A stretch of 64,000 nt of DNA from assembly GCA_036172245.1 (NCBI GenBank), contig JAYWIR010000047.1:62001-126000 (forward strand), in the 5' to 3' direction. Numbering within the stretch: position 1 is the stretch's first letter; every line of letters begins with the position of its first letter. Both the position numbers and the translations under genes were made by a program. This DNA is from Raillietiella orientalis (Eukaryota). Positions 12,101 through 24,856 of this stretch are shown here, piece after piece. The notes under the pieces are model-generated. The model was given only the letters and a program-made list of their open reading frames with translations. It was not told the origin of the DNA and did not search any database.

Positions 12101-15100
12101 AATTCCATCAAATGCGGAGACCGAGAATTGAGTTCCATATAACAGCAGTGCTTCTCCAAACACCTGACGTCTCGCAGAGATGTTGCCAACCTGAAGGGGA
12201 GCAGAACATTACTGAGAAGCCTTCCCCACATGGAAGCCAGTCATTCTGCCATTTGGTTCCGGAGCACCCACTTTTATTCTTCTGTTCACTTCATGTCTCG
12301 AAAGTGTGTCTGTGTTCGATTCTGGCTTTTGAGCTCCCTGAACAGATCAAAAGTTGAGAGATGCTGGAGAAAAATGGACATTTGCTCATTCTTAAGCTGA
12401 CTTGCATCCTGAAATGGTTTCGCAGGAAGCCACTGGTCTCGACAAAATAACAGGACAATGTAGGCATGATCAAAAACGGAAGTGGTTAGATAACGCTGAC
12501 TCAGCTCATTAATGATGAATAATGACCAGGGCAAAAAGGATGCACGCCAACAGAAAGGATCAGAAAAGAATAGCAGGATGAATACAAGAGGATTTTGGAA
12601 TCGATGCCGTTCCCAACAGACACAAGATGGCAAAGTTTAACCAATTCCATTTGCTACGGATGAACTGAACCGGAAGACGGAGCATTCCGAATACTTTAAG
12701 GAGAATCAGAGAATGAGAGCAGCATAAAAGTAACAAAAAGTGAAAATCATCTCTTTCAGACGATAGAATTTCTTTAAATAGATATAAATGCCATTTTTTG
12801 ATCTCCATCTCATGTCTAACGCTTCATTCCAACACTGACTTTTTTCACCCACGTTCCAGAAGATGCTCCACTGCTGTTCGTGTAATTCTTCCAGCAACCT
12901 TTGAGTAGTTGGTTCCATTTCTTGGAAGCCACAGTCAAAAAAAGGAATGCTCTCCAGCAGGCGGCAAGTGTTTGACTTTAGTGATCTTCCGGCTATTTGA
13001 TTCTCTAGTTGTAGAATCAGATGCTTTCAGCATGTTCCTTGTTGCCTCCTTTATATTTAGATGGGATAGAGAAACTGTCTGGAAGGATGCAATAGTCCCT
13101 TGGGTGCTTCTGGATTCGGGACTCTTAACCAAGCCGTGTGGTCTGAGCAAAGGGTCTCTTTGAGTTCACCTAGACTGAAGTGTTCGTTCTCTGTAAGTCA
13201 TCAAGATATCTTGTTTGATCTGGCAAATAAGCGGCCATCTGCAGATAGAACTGCTTCCTGCAGCCCAGCAGTTCGAGTTTTGACTCGGAGAGAAAAGGCA
13301 TAGCAAGAAAGTCGCTAGCAAGTTCAACATCACTGTGAAAGTCAATAAAAGGAGCTAGAACGAGACTGCATTCCTGCTTTTGCAATCATTCGCAAGCAAA
13401 CTTCATCTTTCCATTGGAAGAAAAACTGAAAACAGGAAATAGAAAGCGCGTAGACGCAATGAGGAGTGATTGCGTTTTTGTACGATGACTTCACGCATTT
13501 GCTTCCTCAACCTAATTCTCGGTGCAAGTGGAGTTCCTCAGGAAAGAAATGGTGTGTTCTAACATTCAACATCCTCGACATAAATACATAAATATTTGAT
13601 GCATCAGCTGGACCACCAGCGGCAGCCAGTAGCCCCTACGATAACAAAGACCACGTCTTGGACTGGGTGAGCCGAGCATGCAGAAACCAATGCGTTCGGG
13701 TGGGTCATCATTTACTGTACATCACTGAAGAATAAGGATGTATAAGTCAAAACATTTCCCTTTTCTGTTCAGAGACACGATAAGAAAACACATCTCAAGC
13801 TCATCTCTCTCATCTGTGCTGCAACACATTTTGCAGCCGTCAGTCAACACAGAGAGGTTTCCTCTCCTATCCGATATCAGACTTGTCCGCACCAGACTTG
13901 TCTACTATATGGATCCTTATATTTCAACTTACTGGAAATGGCTTGAAAGCTGAAATATAGGGATCTCAGGTAAGAGCAAGTGGTTTGCATGTCTTCTTTC
14001 TTGCTGCTGCATGAGTTCACAATCAAGCATTTCACGAGATGCTTTAACGCCACTTTGGTCAAAAAGTGAAGCCATCCATCAGTTGGGCCCATCAGGTCAC
14101 TCCCACAGAGTTCATATAAACAGAGAGGAGTGTTTGAAGCAAACAGCTTCCAGTAACGAAAAGAAATGATACAACAGAGGTCGTCCATAATCCAAAAAAT
14201 GGCAAATGATAGAATTTAGTGAAAATTGTGGATCTTGATGGAGAATTTTTTTCTGACGTCACCCGACACAGAAGTACTCGTTTTGCAGATCAGGAAGGGA
14301 CTTTTCAGTACCTTAGGAAACACATGGAGAATGACCATTAGTTCAGGTTGACGGGATCTAACCAAACCGAAGCTCAGGAAGGCAAGGAGATTGATTCCAT
14401 CTGCAAACCCTGAAGGAAACCACGGAGTTCTGCGAAGATTTTGAACAGCAAGCGGAATAGTATTTTCTCTTTTTATCAACGAATGAAAAATCCAAAGAAT
14501 TATCTGATACTGACTTGGGCGCACGTTTTCTTCTATCATCAACTATTCCCTTCATTCGCAGTTCCCACGAACCTTCTGTCCTGTGCTTTCCATCATGCTT
14601 TCCTCTCACACACTTGTAACTCTCCGCTCAAGTGCAGAAGAAACACAAATTGCACAGACACATTCTACCCATTCTCAAGCAGCTCTGCGGATTTCGAAGA
14701 TTTCCTACTGAAGACGCTCCTATGTCCTGCAGTCTGTAGCCTATTCCTCCTCCGACAGAAAAATTGCTACCGTCCACAAAGTTGCCACATCCTGTTCTTC
14801 TGCCATCCCTGGCCAGATTGAAGACATGTTTATGCATGTCGATCTTGTTAGGTATGCCAAAGATCGTCCAAAGACGCATCCTGCGATACAGATTTTCTAT
14901 ATGTACGAAGCTGAATGGAAGGAACAGTTGCCACTTCATCCGCAGATCCGATGTTCTCCGGCTTGTTTCATGCCGCATCGATCTTCTATAAGTATCAGAA
15001 TACTCCTATGGTAGCTTGCATATCGTGCACTACAGAAAAGACGACAGACTTCACTAGGCAGGAAAGCCGTGAACTGCGGGGGTGCCAACAGATTTCAACA

Positions 15101-18100
15101 CTCACACACTTCCCATATGTATCATGTTTCACTTCCTGAGAGTGTATGAGGAACATGGAAGACTCGTGTTGGAGAAAAAACAACGAAAAGCTGACCCCAA
15201 TCAATCTGCAGCTGATTTTCCATGCAGACGAAATGGGGTCGTTTCTGAGAGACAAATATTGCACCAAGGAAAGAAATGCCATGGTGTTCTCAAACACTCT
15301 GCTACTAAGCTGGCTGTCAAGTCACCAAGAAAGCATGAAAACCGACAGCTTAATCCACCATCCCAAGGTGCAACCCAGTGCTGAGAAACGGTCTGATATT
15401 TGATTACCGAACCTGCTAGATCAATCGCAGGTTCCAGCTCCATTTTCAAGATGCATGAAATCGTGCTCACCGTGAATTTTTCCAAGGAGGAAAAACCTCC
15501 TGCAGATCCAGAGCCATAGCTGATGGAAAAGGGCACACCGATTTTTTTATAGGAGGTCGAATACTGGCTGAAAAATCTCCTGTGGTTGACTGAAAAAGCG
15601 AGCATAACCCCAGTGATGGGATATCTATTGGAACAGTCTTACAGCAGGATTCGCTATACAAATAGCATTGCTGGGTGGGTATCCACAAATCAGCAGAGCC
15701 GGTGTCGAAAATGACATTGAATAACTGAGGTGGCGTCCCAACTCCAATATAAGAGTAATAAGAGAACTGCATTTTTAAGGGATAGAAAGGAAACAGATAT
15801 TCAGAAAGCAGGAAGACTCAAGCGCTTTGGTGTAGTTAGCTTAAGCTTCCATGAACCCACGTATTGAGAATGTTCAGAAATATATCAAGATTGCGCAAAA
15901 CGAACAGCACCAGAACAATCTCAACATTCCCCAAGATGGAAGCCAGCCACATTACCATAGACGCATGCTTCGGCTCCCTGTTCTAATCGAAGCATTTCGA
16001 GGCAGACTCAGTTGCTTCTGAGACTTATACCGTTTATAATAATCCATTTATCTTACGCCTTCAGTGCTGTCTAGTGCAACGTTCGTGGAGGCTTCTTGGC
16101 TGCTCCTATCTTGCCAAATATTTGGGGTCGCGGCTTTTTTAGGAAAATATTTCTCCGTTTGGAAAATCACCATTCTCCGCAACTGCTCTAGAGAATAATG
16201 GTCACCATTCGATCTCCTCAATGGAATGCTTTAAAAAACAGAAAATCAGACGGTGTTTATTATTATTATTATTTTTTTCCTGCAGAATGCTTTGATTTTG
16301 AGTAAGAGCACATTATTGGATATCAGGAAATAATTCAAGATCAATGTTTATACCAGATTTATTAGCTAGAATCTATCTGACAAGTGAACGGCATGACACA
16401 TATAACATGATGACGAGCGTAGACAGATCATTGAGTTTTTTCTAGTCTATGGACCCATTATGTATAAGAAGGCGAAGAATTCCTTTACTTTGAAATCAGT
16501 AACGCTGCTCTTCGTTTATCCGTTTTCCATTCGAAACAGATATCCACCGAATGCAAGCATGCAAGTTATCTACCGAATGCATTCGTTCTAAATCTGCCCA
16601 TGGGGGAAAAATCCCAGTTCGGCTGTTACCACTGATAAATCAACACGCACTGAACAAAAGAATGGGTTTGACTGCATCTTACGAGTTATGCCTACTGCGG
16701 TCTGCAGGACATGCATTTACCACTCATCTACTGGAAGCTAGAAGTGATTGCTTCTAAAAGGCATCACCTGATCCCTATATCCTTCCAAATAAGAAGGAAA
16801 AATGAATGCCTATCTATGGAAAGCTAACGAGAGAAGGAATCAAATCCTGACACTTCTCTTGGCACCTTGTTTACATCATTTTGTACGTTGCAAATGGCTC
16901 GACAGCGACGATTTCACTCACGGATTGAAATTTCCCGCATTGGACAGGAACGACTCTTCTCCGAGTTCAGTGATAGGCGCATATGTATCCTCCTCGTCAC
17001 CCTCTGAACTGAGAACTAGAGTCAGGGCTTCGGGGCAAAAGATCACTTTTTCTTCTTTTTTTTTAAATCTCTGATCCAGCTTCTGTGCTGCTTATTAGCA
17101 ACGAGAATGCCATGTTCGTGATGGAGCATCCGGGGCACGGAAATTGCAATGGCGGACGCACAAGCACATAAGTGAAAGGAATAAGTTTCCGCTTCCCAGG
17201 AGAGGACTGTTCCAGACAAGAAAGCAAAAAAACGCGACGTCACGGATTTTCCACCTTCACCCGTTGCATGGTGCCGAGAGAAACGTTTGCGTTCGTTTCC
17301 AACTTCACTGTCGAACTCGGACTATCAAACCACACGGAATCTTCCCTTTGATCACTGCTCAACTTGTTACGCACGCTGGGCACTACTCGGTGCTTTTAAA
17401 GGGAAACGATCAACAGAGGAAACTCACGAGAGCACTCTCGTTTTTTTTTTCTTTTTTAAAGTTCTTCAACGAATGCAGAACTATCGAAGGTATAGGGACA
17501 GGGACATGCGAAAGTGCCCTAGAAGTCATGTCCCATCCAAGGCATGAAAACTGGCAGAAGCAAACACAACAGGATAGATTAGGACTGTTCTGTCGGCAGA
17601 CTGCAATCCGAAAGTTTATGAGAAACAGTGGAGGAATGAAGCTCTTTAGCCCTTGCACTTCGGGACGGTAAAACATTCCTGTCGTATGAAAAGAACGCGA
17701 TGATTCCTGGACGTCCTAATGGAGCTGGATCTCCAAAGAATAAAGGCATAGTGATGGTCTGTACTGCATTCTGGATGCGAATCCTCCTTTTTTCTGTCAA
17801 GGTTTTGTCCCGTGAATGCCTCTTCTCGCTTGGGAGTCAGTCCGCCTCCATGACACCGAAAAAGCATGGCACCGATGATGTTTGAAATTATTCTGATAAT
17901 ATGGAATCACAGGGATCTGACTGATCTGGATCCAGTCCACATGACGACCAGTCTCACGACCGATGCTTACACGGGAACAAACCTCACGAGAACCGATGAA
18001 GAAAAAGCACTCGATGATCCACTGTGAGAGCATGGAAGACGACATTTTTCCCCACTTTGTGGGTTTGTTTTAAATGACCTCTACTTCCTAGTTTCAAGAA

Positions 18101-18834
18101 ACTCTTCTCGTGTTGGGAAATCTTCTTGTTTTCGATGCAACATCCAAAATGGATGCTTTGAATGCTTCGTCCTATAGCATTTATTCTCGAAGGAGAGCCC
18201 AATACAACTCGAACTACGGACTAACGATTAATTTTCATGATACAGAGCTCGGCTCGAAACGGATAAGTCTTTGGTCGGAGAATGACAGCGTCACACATTA
18301 ATTTCCACTATGGGAAGATGGAAGACGTACCAACGTATGAGGCAGAAATTGCTCAATATATACACTCGCAGGTGCACTGATGACCAAATTGGTTTACAGA
18401 ACCTCAGCAAAAAAAGAAAAAATACGATTGCCAAAGTTGACTTGGAAACTAGACTGAGGAATGTCTACTTTTGCTTCGTGTGTTCGGAAGAGAAAAATAG
18501 ACTGAGCGCAGGGACTCCCTATTGCGCTTGCAAACTTCAGTCACCACTTCAGCGGAAGGTTTCTCTCCGAAGGTTCCCAACGCACGTATGAATAAACTCG
18601 ACCCCCTTTAGAATTTGGACTCAAAAAGAGGTGAGCTATTCCTATCACCCTACATACACCCACTCTTTAGTGATTCGTTCAGAAATGAGCTTTAGAAACT
18701 CTTGGGAGAATGGCATCGAAAATTATTTCAAAAAATGTTTACCTCACTCCCTTTCCAGCTGCAGCCGTCTGAGCAGGGGCCGCTGTATTCCAATGAGCAA
18801 GTTGTAAGATGATCATCATGCCAAGGAGTTCCAT
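9108..18834 (-). CDS. Secreted/lysosomal aspartic protease, pepsin/cathepsin D family (A1), 9 exons, ~411 aa
   Basis: Exons 18834-18743 (MELLGMMIILQLAHW..., signal-like), 16228-16057 (propeptide IPLRR), 15766-15643 (IGVGTPPQLFNVIFDTGSADLW), 15589-15471 (flap YGSG), 12190-11991 (FDGIVGMGF), 9766-9644 (GGELTLGG, YW), 9598-9448 (AIVDTGTS), 9405-9313, 9269-9108 ([25 protein letters not shown]). All introns are GT-AG with matching phases. Exon 1 is the least certain. Confidence 0.93.
13850..15000 (-). mobile_element. Highly decayed L1/Tx1-like LINE reverse transcriptase remnant in protease intron 4
   Basis: Ordered fragments on -: HDGKHRTEGSWELRMKGIV (~'D.Kil.kilA.Rlk'), IEENVRPSQY (~'I.p.Q.gF'), LAFLSFGL, SPFLICK, IMDDLC (~'FADD'). 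Many stops and frameshifts. Confidence 0.35.
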
Positions 18835-21800
18835 TTTCCTCATTTCCTTTCCGAAATGCATCCAGTAATTTTCTTTATTTCATGTGCCACTCTGTTCTTG
18901 CGGTTACAAGAAAAATAAATAAATACTTTGTAGAATGTGTCCAGTGATTCCCTGAATAAAAGTGTAACGCAAGTGTCTTCCATATCCGTTAAAAGCACTG
19001 AGAGCGAAACAACAAAATCTTTCATGCTTTCATGAGTGACTTGATCTAAACACCTGGGATGAGTTTTCAGGGAGACTGGGTTTTAATGGATGCCGTAGGA
19101 ACCTCGTCAGAAAAGACAGCTGTACTTGTTCTTCTACAGAACATTTTGTTGATGAAACCAAGAACCTTCTGTTTTCTTTTCTCCCTTTTTTGTTGGTTGC
19201 TTAAATCCAGTGTCTACCATCTAGTCGAAAATTCTGTTTTCTGTGAGAAGAAATATATAAATAGCACAGATTAAATCCATGCTTACGTATCTTCTGCTGA
19301 AAAGCAGTTGTGTGAGTCAATTGGAATATTGGAGCTTTTCTGATTTTGTCTGGCTAAAATCTTCCACAGCATGATGCGCCCTAGTGTTATCTGGGAGTCA
19401 GAAGAATGTAGACTTGGAGGATATGCCAAGATATTCAAGGTGAATCACAGACCTCTACATTTTAAGTTATTCGGAGGCCACTTTGAAGTGAACATAAAAG
19501 CTGCAATACCAAGGTTTCCCAAGCATGTGGCAACTTAACGAAAGATTCAACATAAAATCATCAAAGCCCGGAGTGACATCCCAGTTTGGATAACTAAAGT
19601 ACAGGTCATTAAATATTATGATCGTAGCCACTGTGGCAGTAATAGTTCGACAATAAATGAACATAGAAAGCGTTACACGAGTTCTTAAGCTCCTCAGAAA
19701 TACCGCAGAAGTAACTTCATTTTCCAGATTGGAATACACTTGTTGGCATCTTTGCCGTTCGTTTCTGTGTGATCCTTAGAGCTATGCATGATTTCATTCT
19801 TTTCCAGATGTTGTGGGGGAGGGGGAAAAAAACGATGACGCTTATATGCACTGGAAACCTAGAACTCTGTCACAGCGGAGGTCCTGCTTACAGCCGTTTG
19901 AAGATAACTTCCACTGACTTTCAAAGTTCCGAAAAACAACAAAATCACTGACTTCCTTTCTAAGCTTATTTTCCTCTTTCATGATTTTGCATTCCGCAAA
20001 TGGATGTCAACGTGGCTTCGTCTTCCATGCTTCCACGTATTCCACGTCTGCTCCTGCTTCACTCCATGTGGTTTTTCGTTTATTCTGAAGCACTCCTCTT
20101 GTTTGATCAGCGAAGGCTCAAGGCAGAAACTCTGGTTTGCATAGAGGTCTCAATTTATTCTCTCCTTCTGAGTCCATCATTTACACACAAAATCTTATAA
20201 GTAGGCGATTCTGCGAAACTGCTCATGTCTTCCGTTAAGGAGTTTCCTTTGAAAGTGAGAAAAAAGATAGGTGGCGAATTACCAGAAGTCTCCTAAATCT
20301 CATCTCATTCCTTTTCTTTCATGTTCCAACTTTTACAGCAATGAGGCGTAAGACAGATTTTCAATCTTCTGACTACCAGCCAACAGGACTGTAGACAGGT
20401 CAGTTCCACCCACCGAACTGAACTGTCTGTGCTCGGTGCCGTCTGGCTCAGAGAAACCCCATATCAATGTTTGCTTACTGCGAACTCTGAACAAGAAAGC
20501 GCGGACTCGTTTCCCTACTGAGATGATAAGGTTGTCCAGGAGACTCTGCAGTCGACCTGAGCGACCTCGGAGATTCTCCGTCCATGTAGAATGGAGAAAC
20601 CTCAGACGGACATTTTTTGCATGAGATTAGCTGAATATCTTGCGCTTATAAAAACGGATTGTGGCTGATCATCATCAGCATTCCGGCAGTTTTCTCAGGA
20701 GGGCAAGCTGTCATCTCAAGTCTAGAATGCATTTCCAAGGCAGCAGAAACTGTCCCATTCTGCTCAGGGATTCAACAACAAGTCGCCACATGGACACTTC
20801 CCACCGATCTCTAACGTGTTCTGAGGTGTATCCATCAATGAAGGCGAAGGTATCAGAGACAAATGGGTTCTGATTCCACTGTTGGCGACTATAAAGAGAA
20901 GAGAGAGAAAGACTGCACCGAGACTCTGCAGCCATGGCTTACCTCTACCTTGCGCATGACCATGAGCAGGATTCCAAACTGATCTCCTCCGAGGTGCGCC
21001 TGAACGCTGGCGCTTGCATCCCTCGAAATCAGGTCAAGCTATACGATGCATGCGCGTGATGGATTCCCTCTTCCCAGAGTTGCAAGCTTTCTTACACGCA
21101 GTATCCAGAGCTCCGCTCCAAGTGTGACGCCTACCAAATGCAGTTGCGCCTTCTCCGTAAAAGACCGAAAGCCGGCGGTTAAATAGACAGCCAGATATTA
21201 ATCCCCTTGCACCTTCATTTGTTTAAGCCTGAAACCCATTCTGATACTGTGAGAGACTGTTCCTTCTAGCTGCTGATTACAAGTCGGCGCTTCCTTTGTA
21301 CTCCTTCTCTCCCTTCAATCTTCCCCCTTAGCATGTCTTGAGTGGGAAACGATGGGCACATCTCCAATCCCTAAATCACAAGTGCATTTTTTTTTTTTTT
21401 TAATTCTTTTCCTGTTGGCATCATTTCGGTGCACTTCTGGTGAAGCAATGAGCACGGCGTTATCGTGACGCAATGAAAATTGTTTGATACATCTGCTACC
21501 GTCTTACACTCCCCGGTTGTCTACAGAAGCTGCAAAGACTGCGTGGTTATCCTTTGAACATGAAACAGATCACTTCGACCGTAGCTCTGCCTATTTTCTC
21601 AGTTATCCATGTCGATAGTTTCACCTTCAAATCGTCTGAATGATGCTCCCAAGACTGTCTTGAAATGCCTTGAAACGCAGCTCTTGGCCCTTCCCGTCAT
21701 CGACTAACGTTCAGTATTTTGGCAAAAGAAATCGCAAGGGAAGGAGGTGCTTCCATGGTTGCATTTCCCTGTTGACAGATTGACAGGGGAGAGCGAAATT

Positions 21801-24800
21801 CGGGAACACTTGGAGTGAACACTCACCAGGGCAGCCCATTACGGATTACGGAGAGCTCGCTAGCAGTAATATAGTTCCTTCGGAAGAATGTTAGCTACAG
21901 CTTTCACTGAGGCTGCTTTGCTACAAGATAATCTGACATGCATCTTCTAGCTCTGAACGCTCTGCACTTCGTGAAGACGCTTTCATCTTCCCTCTATAAA
22001 TGCTCTTGATTTCGAATCTTGGGGCTGGGGAGACTGTGTTGTTATGAATCCCTCAAGCAGCTTGCACCATCTCGACGCGCATGTTGTGTTTGACCTTTTA
22101 CGTTGAAGGTGAACAAGACAAGCGTAGGCTGGAGGGAAAACGTCCGCTCGTACGAGTGCAGCTCGGAAACAGTGCTAAAGTAATGCAGAAATTTGGAACG
22201 GTGCTCTGTGCTGCATTCCTTCTGCTCGGTTACTCCATGAAGGCCCCACGTGCACATCGCATTCACAAGGAAAAGGGAAGCATAGGAAACTGAGTCTGCC
22301 GGAAGGGGACGCAGATCTCCATTTCGGGGACTCTTGCCATGTCATTTCGGTATAGAATTTTTCTGAGGTTTGGACTCCCACACGAGTAGTGCCAAGCACT
22401 TTCATGCAAAGGGCAAAAATCATCAAGATATTTCTGGAAGAGAATTCTGAAAGGGAAATAATCGGACGACCGATTTACTGGTTTCTTTCCTTATCCACCA
22501 CAAACGATAAAATCGAAAATACATCGATTACAAACGCAGAAAGTATTGTTTGATCAGCCTGTTTTCTCAAAAAAAAAAAAAAAACTCATCGACTTGAATT
22601 GGATATTTCACAGATTCGCAGCAATAGTTCGAAAAGTCAAATTTCCTTATTTTACTAATGGAGACGTATCATCACTATGTGTAAGTTAGGACATGTAAGA
22701 TTTTGTCACATATCTATAAAGCGAAGTGTATTCCACTGAATGGATCGATTATTATTTTTTTTTTTTTTTTGCAACCCTAGAAAGGAATACACAATTGAAG
22801 TTGGTGTATCAATCATCCTTCGTTCTCCTTACTTGGATTACCTTCACAGCACTCTTAAGTATTTTGTGGTGTTACTTCACCCACTGCTATGCCATTTCTC
22901 GTTGTTCGTTGACACTGGAGATCTTTTTAAATCGAAATCCGCAATTATGGTCAGCAATTTGAAATCTTAATTGCAGGTAATCTGCTGATGAGCGTTGAAC
23001 TTCAAAATTTGGAAACTTCATCCGGTGAAAGCTGCAAAGATGGGCTTCAGTCTGTTTGTGTGTGTGCAAAATGCTGTCGGTGGTACAAAATTGCAAGCAT
23101 GCAATTGGAAAAAAGTTTCACCGACATTCTCCGTCTTTGAAAGATAAAATGACTGTAGCACGAGCACTCGACGTTTGGGTCCCCCCCCCCCTCTCTCTTC
23201 CCCTTGATTTTTTTTTTTTTTTTTTTTTTCCTTGATTAATATTTGGCTTTCGCCAAGTCGTTCTTTAATGAAGACCGTTAAATATGTGACATGCGGTGGA
23301 ACAGACCCGGAGTCAAGAATCCCAAATGTTCATTTCCTTCACTTTTGCAAAGGTCGATCTTTGCACATTTCTTAGCCCAGGAGCTATAAAGGGGCTTTCA
23401 CGAAGAGACTTGAAATTCCACTCGATTACATCAGAATTACTGCTCTCAACCGACATGGTGCACAGGTACAGTACACTCTTTGTAGATTTGTCTTTGTCGT
23501 TTGGCAGGCACGGTTGGGTCACGTTCACAGAAATCATTTGGAAAACAAGATATCCAAGCCACAGAACAATATGGGTTTCTGTGAGTTGCTGATTGTAGAA
23601 TTGTTTACGAAGCTCACTAGATTTCAAAGTGATGCTAGTTGAATATTCACACAAGCTGCATTCCAATGCACTGCTCAGACAATGTAGTCTGTAATCCACC
23701 TAGAGAGCACTTAGTTATGGCACTGTTATTAAATTTATAAAATGTTTTTTTTTTTTTTTTTTTTTTTTACCAGTAGGAATGTATTCTATGGTTTTGTCTC
23801 TGTAAAGTTTTCTTTATGGTTTTTAGGGAACATACAAGAGAAATTTTTCGTAGATATTTTGAATTTAATGAACAACTTCAATTTAAAAAGTTGTTTATAT
23901 CCTTAGTTTAATTAATAGGCCCTAAGCTTGCTGAGAAACTGAAAGCTCTTTGTAAGAACCTGGCAAAATAAGATGGCACAATTATGACATTCTTAGAACA
24001 CTAAAATTTTTGAGATTCACAGCATAGCCATATTGTCAGCCTTCCAGTAAACCGTGTGTGTGCTACTCATATAATACTAGTTCCTAAAACAGTTTATAAA
24101 GTGATTTTCTTTATAGTAACTTCCAGGAGTTATTCTAGAAACAAGTTGTTATGGCTGCAAATTTTTTGTTCCTCTTGGATAAAAGCAATATGGATTTCCT
24201 ACAAAATCTAGAGTAAGACATATTCACAGGTACAAAAATCAGAGACCACAATGATAACTGCTGTTATCATAATAAAAAAACTTTGAATGATTCACTGATC
24301 TGATACTGATTCAATCTAATTCTGTGTGAGTGTGTGCACGTGTGTTCATGGATAGGTATGCTCACCAACTACAGCCCCAAAACTTTAGCAATTTATAGGT
24401 TTATCCACAGTCTTTAAATATGTTACGGCAAGATACACTTAATGAGATCTTATTTAGATCAGTGTTATTGAAAGCTAGGAAAAACACAATGCTGTCAAGA
24501 AGTTTCTGTTTGACTCTTGTTCAATAAATAAACGTAACCACAGCTTGCAATTATATATGGGTTGGTATCTTCAATTATTCCTCATGCAAAATGAATTAAA
24601 ACGCAAATCACATTTCACTTCATTTTGACTCCCAAAAATTACCAATTTGATACTAAATTCACGGTTTTTAATATATGCAAACTGCATCCAATGATTCACA
24701 GTCCCTACCCGATTGAATATATATTTTCATAATTCAAAAATAAACATTACTTTTGTGAATGCACGAAACTTTATGAACATTCTTTATACAGAATTTGAGA

Positions 24801-24856
24801 AAAAATACTGCACGAATTGTGTACTACATTAAGTACACTATTCGTGTAGTATTTTT
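24801..24856. repeat. Near-perfect 25-bp inverted repeat with a 6-nt loop
   Basis: aaaaatactgcacgaattgtgtact-acatta-agtacactattcgtgtagtattttt: 23 Watson-Crick pairs, 1 G-T pair, 1 mismatch. Confidence 0.9.

Noticed and set aside
15380..15425. LAGSVIKYQT read-through as an alternative protease exon
   Set aside because: It only superficially resembles the next protease strand. A strong GTGAG donor at 15470 and the well-conserved exon at 12190 explain the gene.
20400..21150. Possible LINE endonuclease remnant on - (TFAFIDGYTSE resembling YAPT)
   Set aside because: Only one weak motif, not enough to call.
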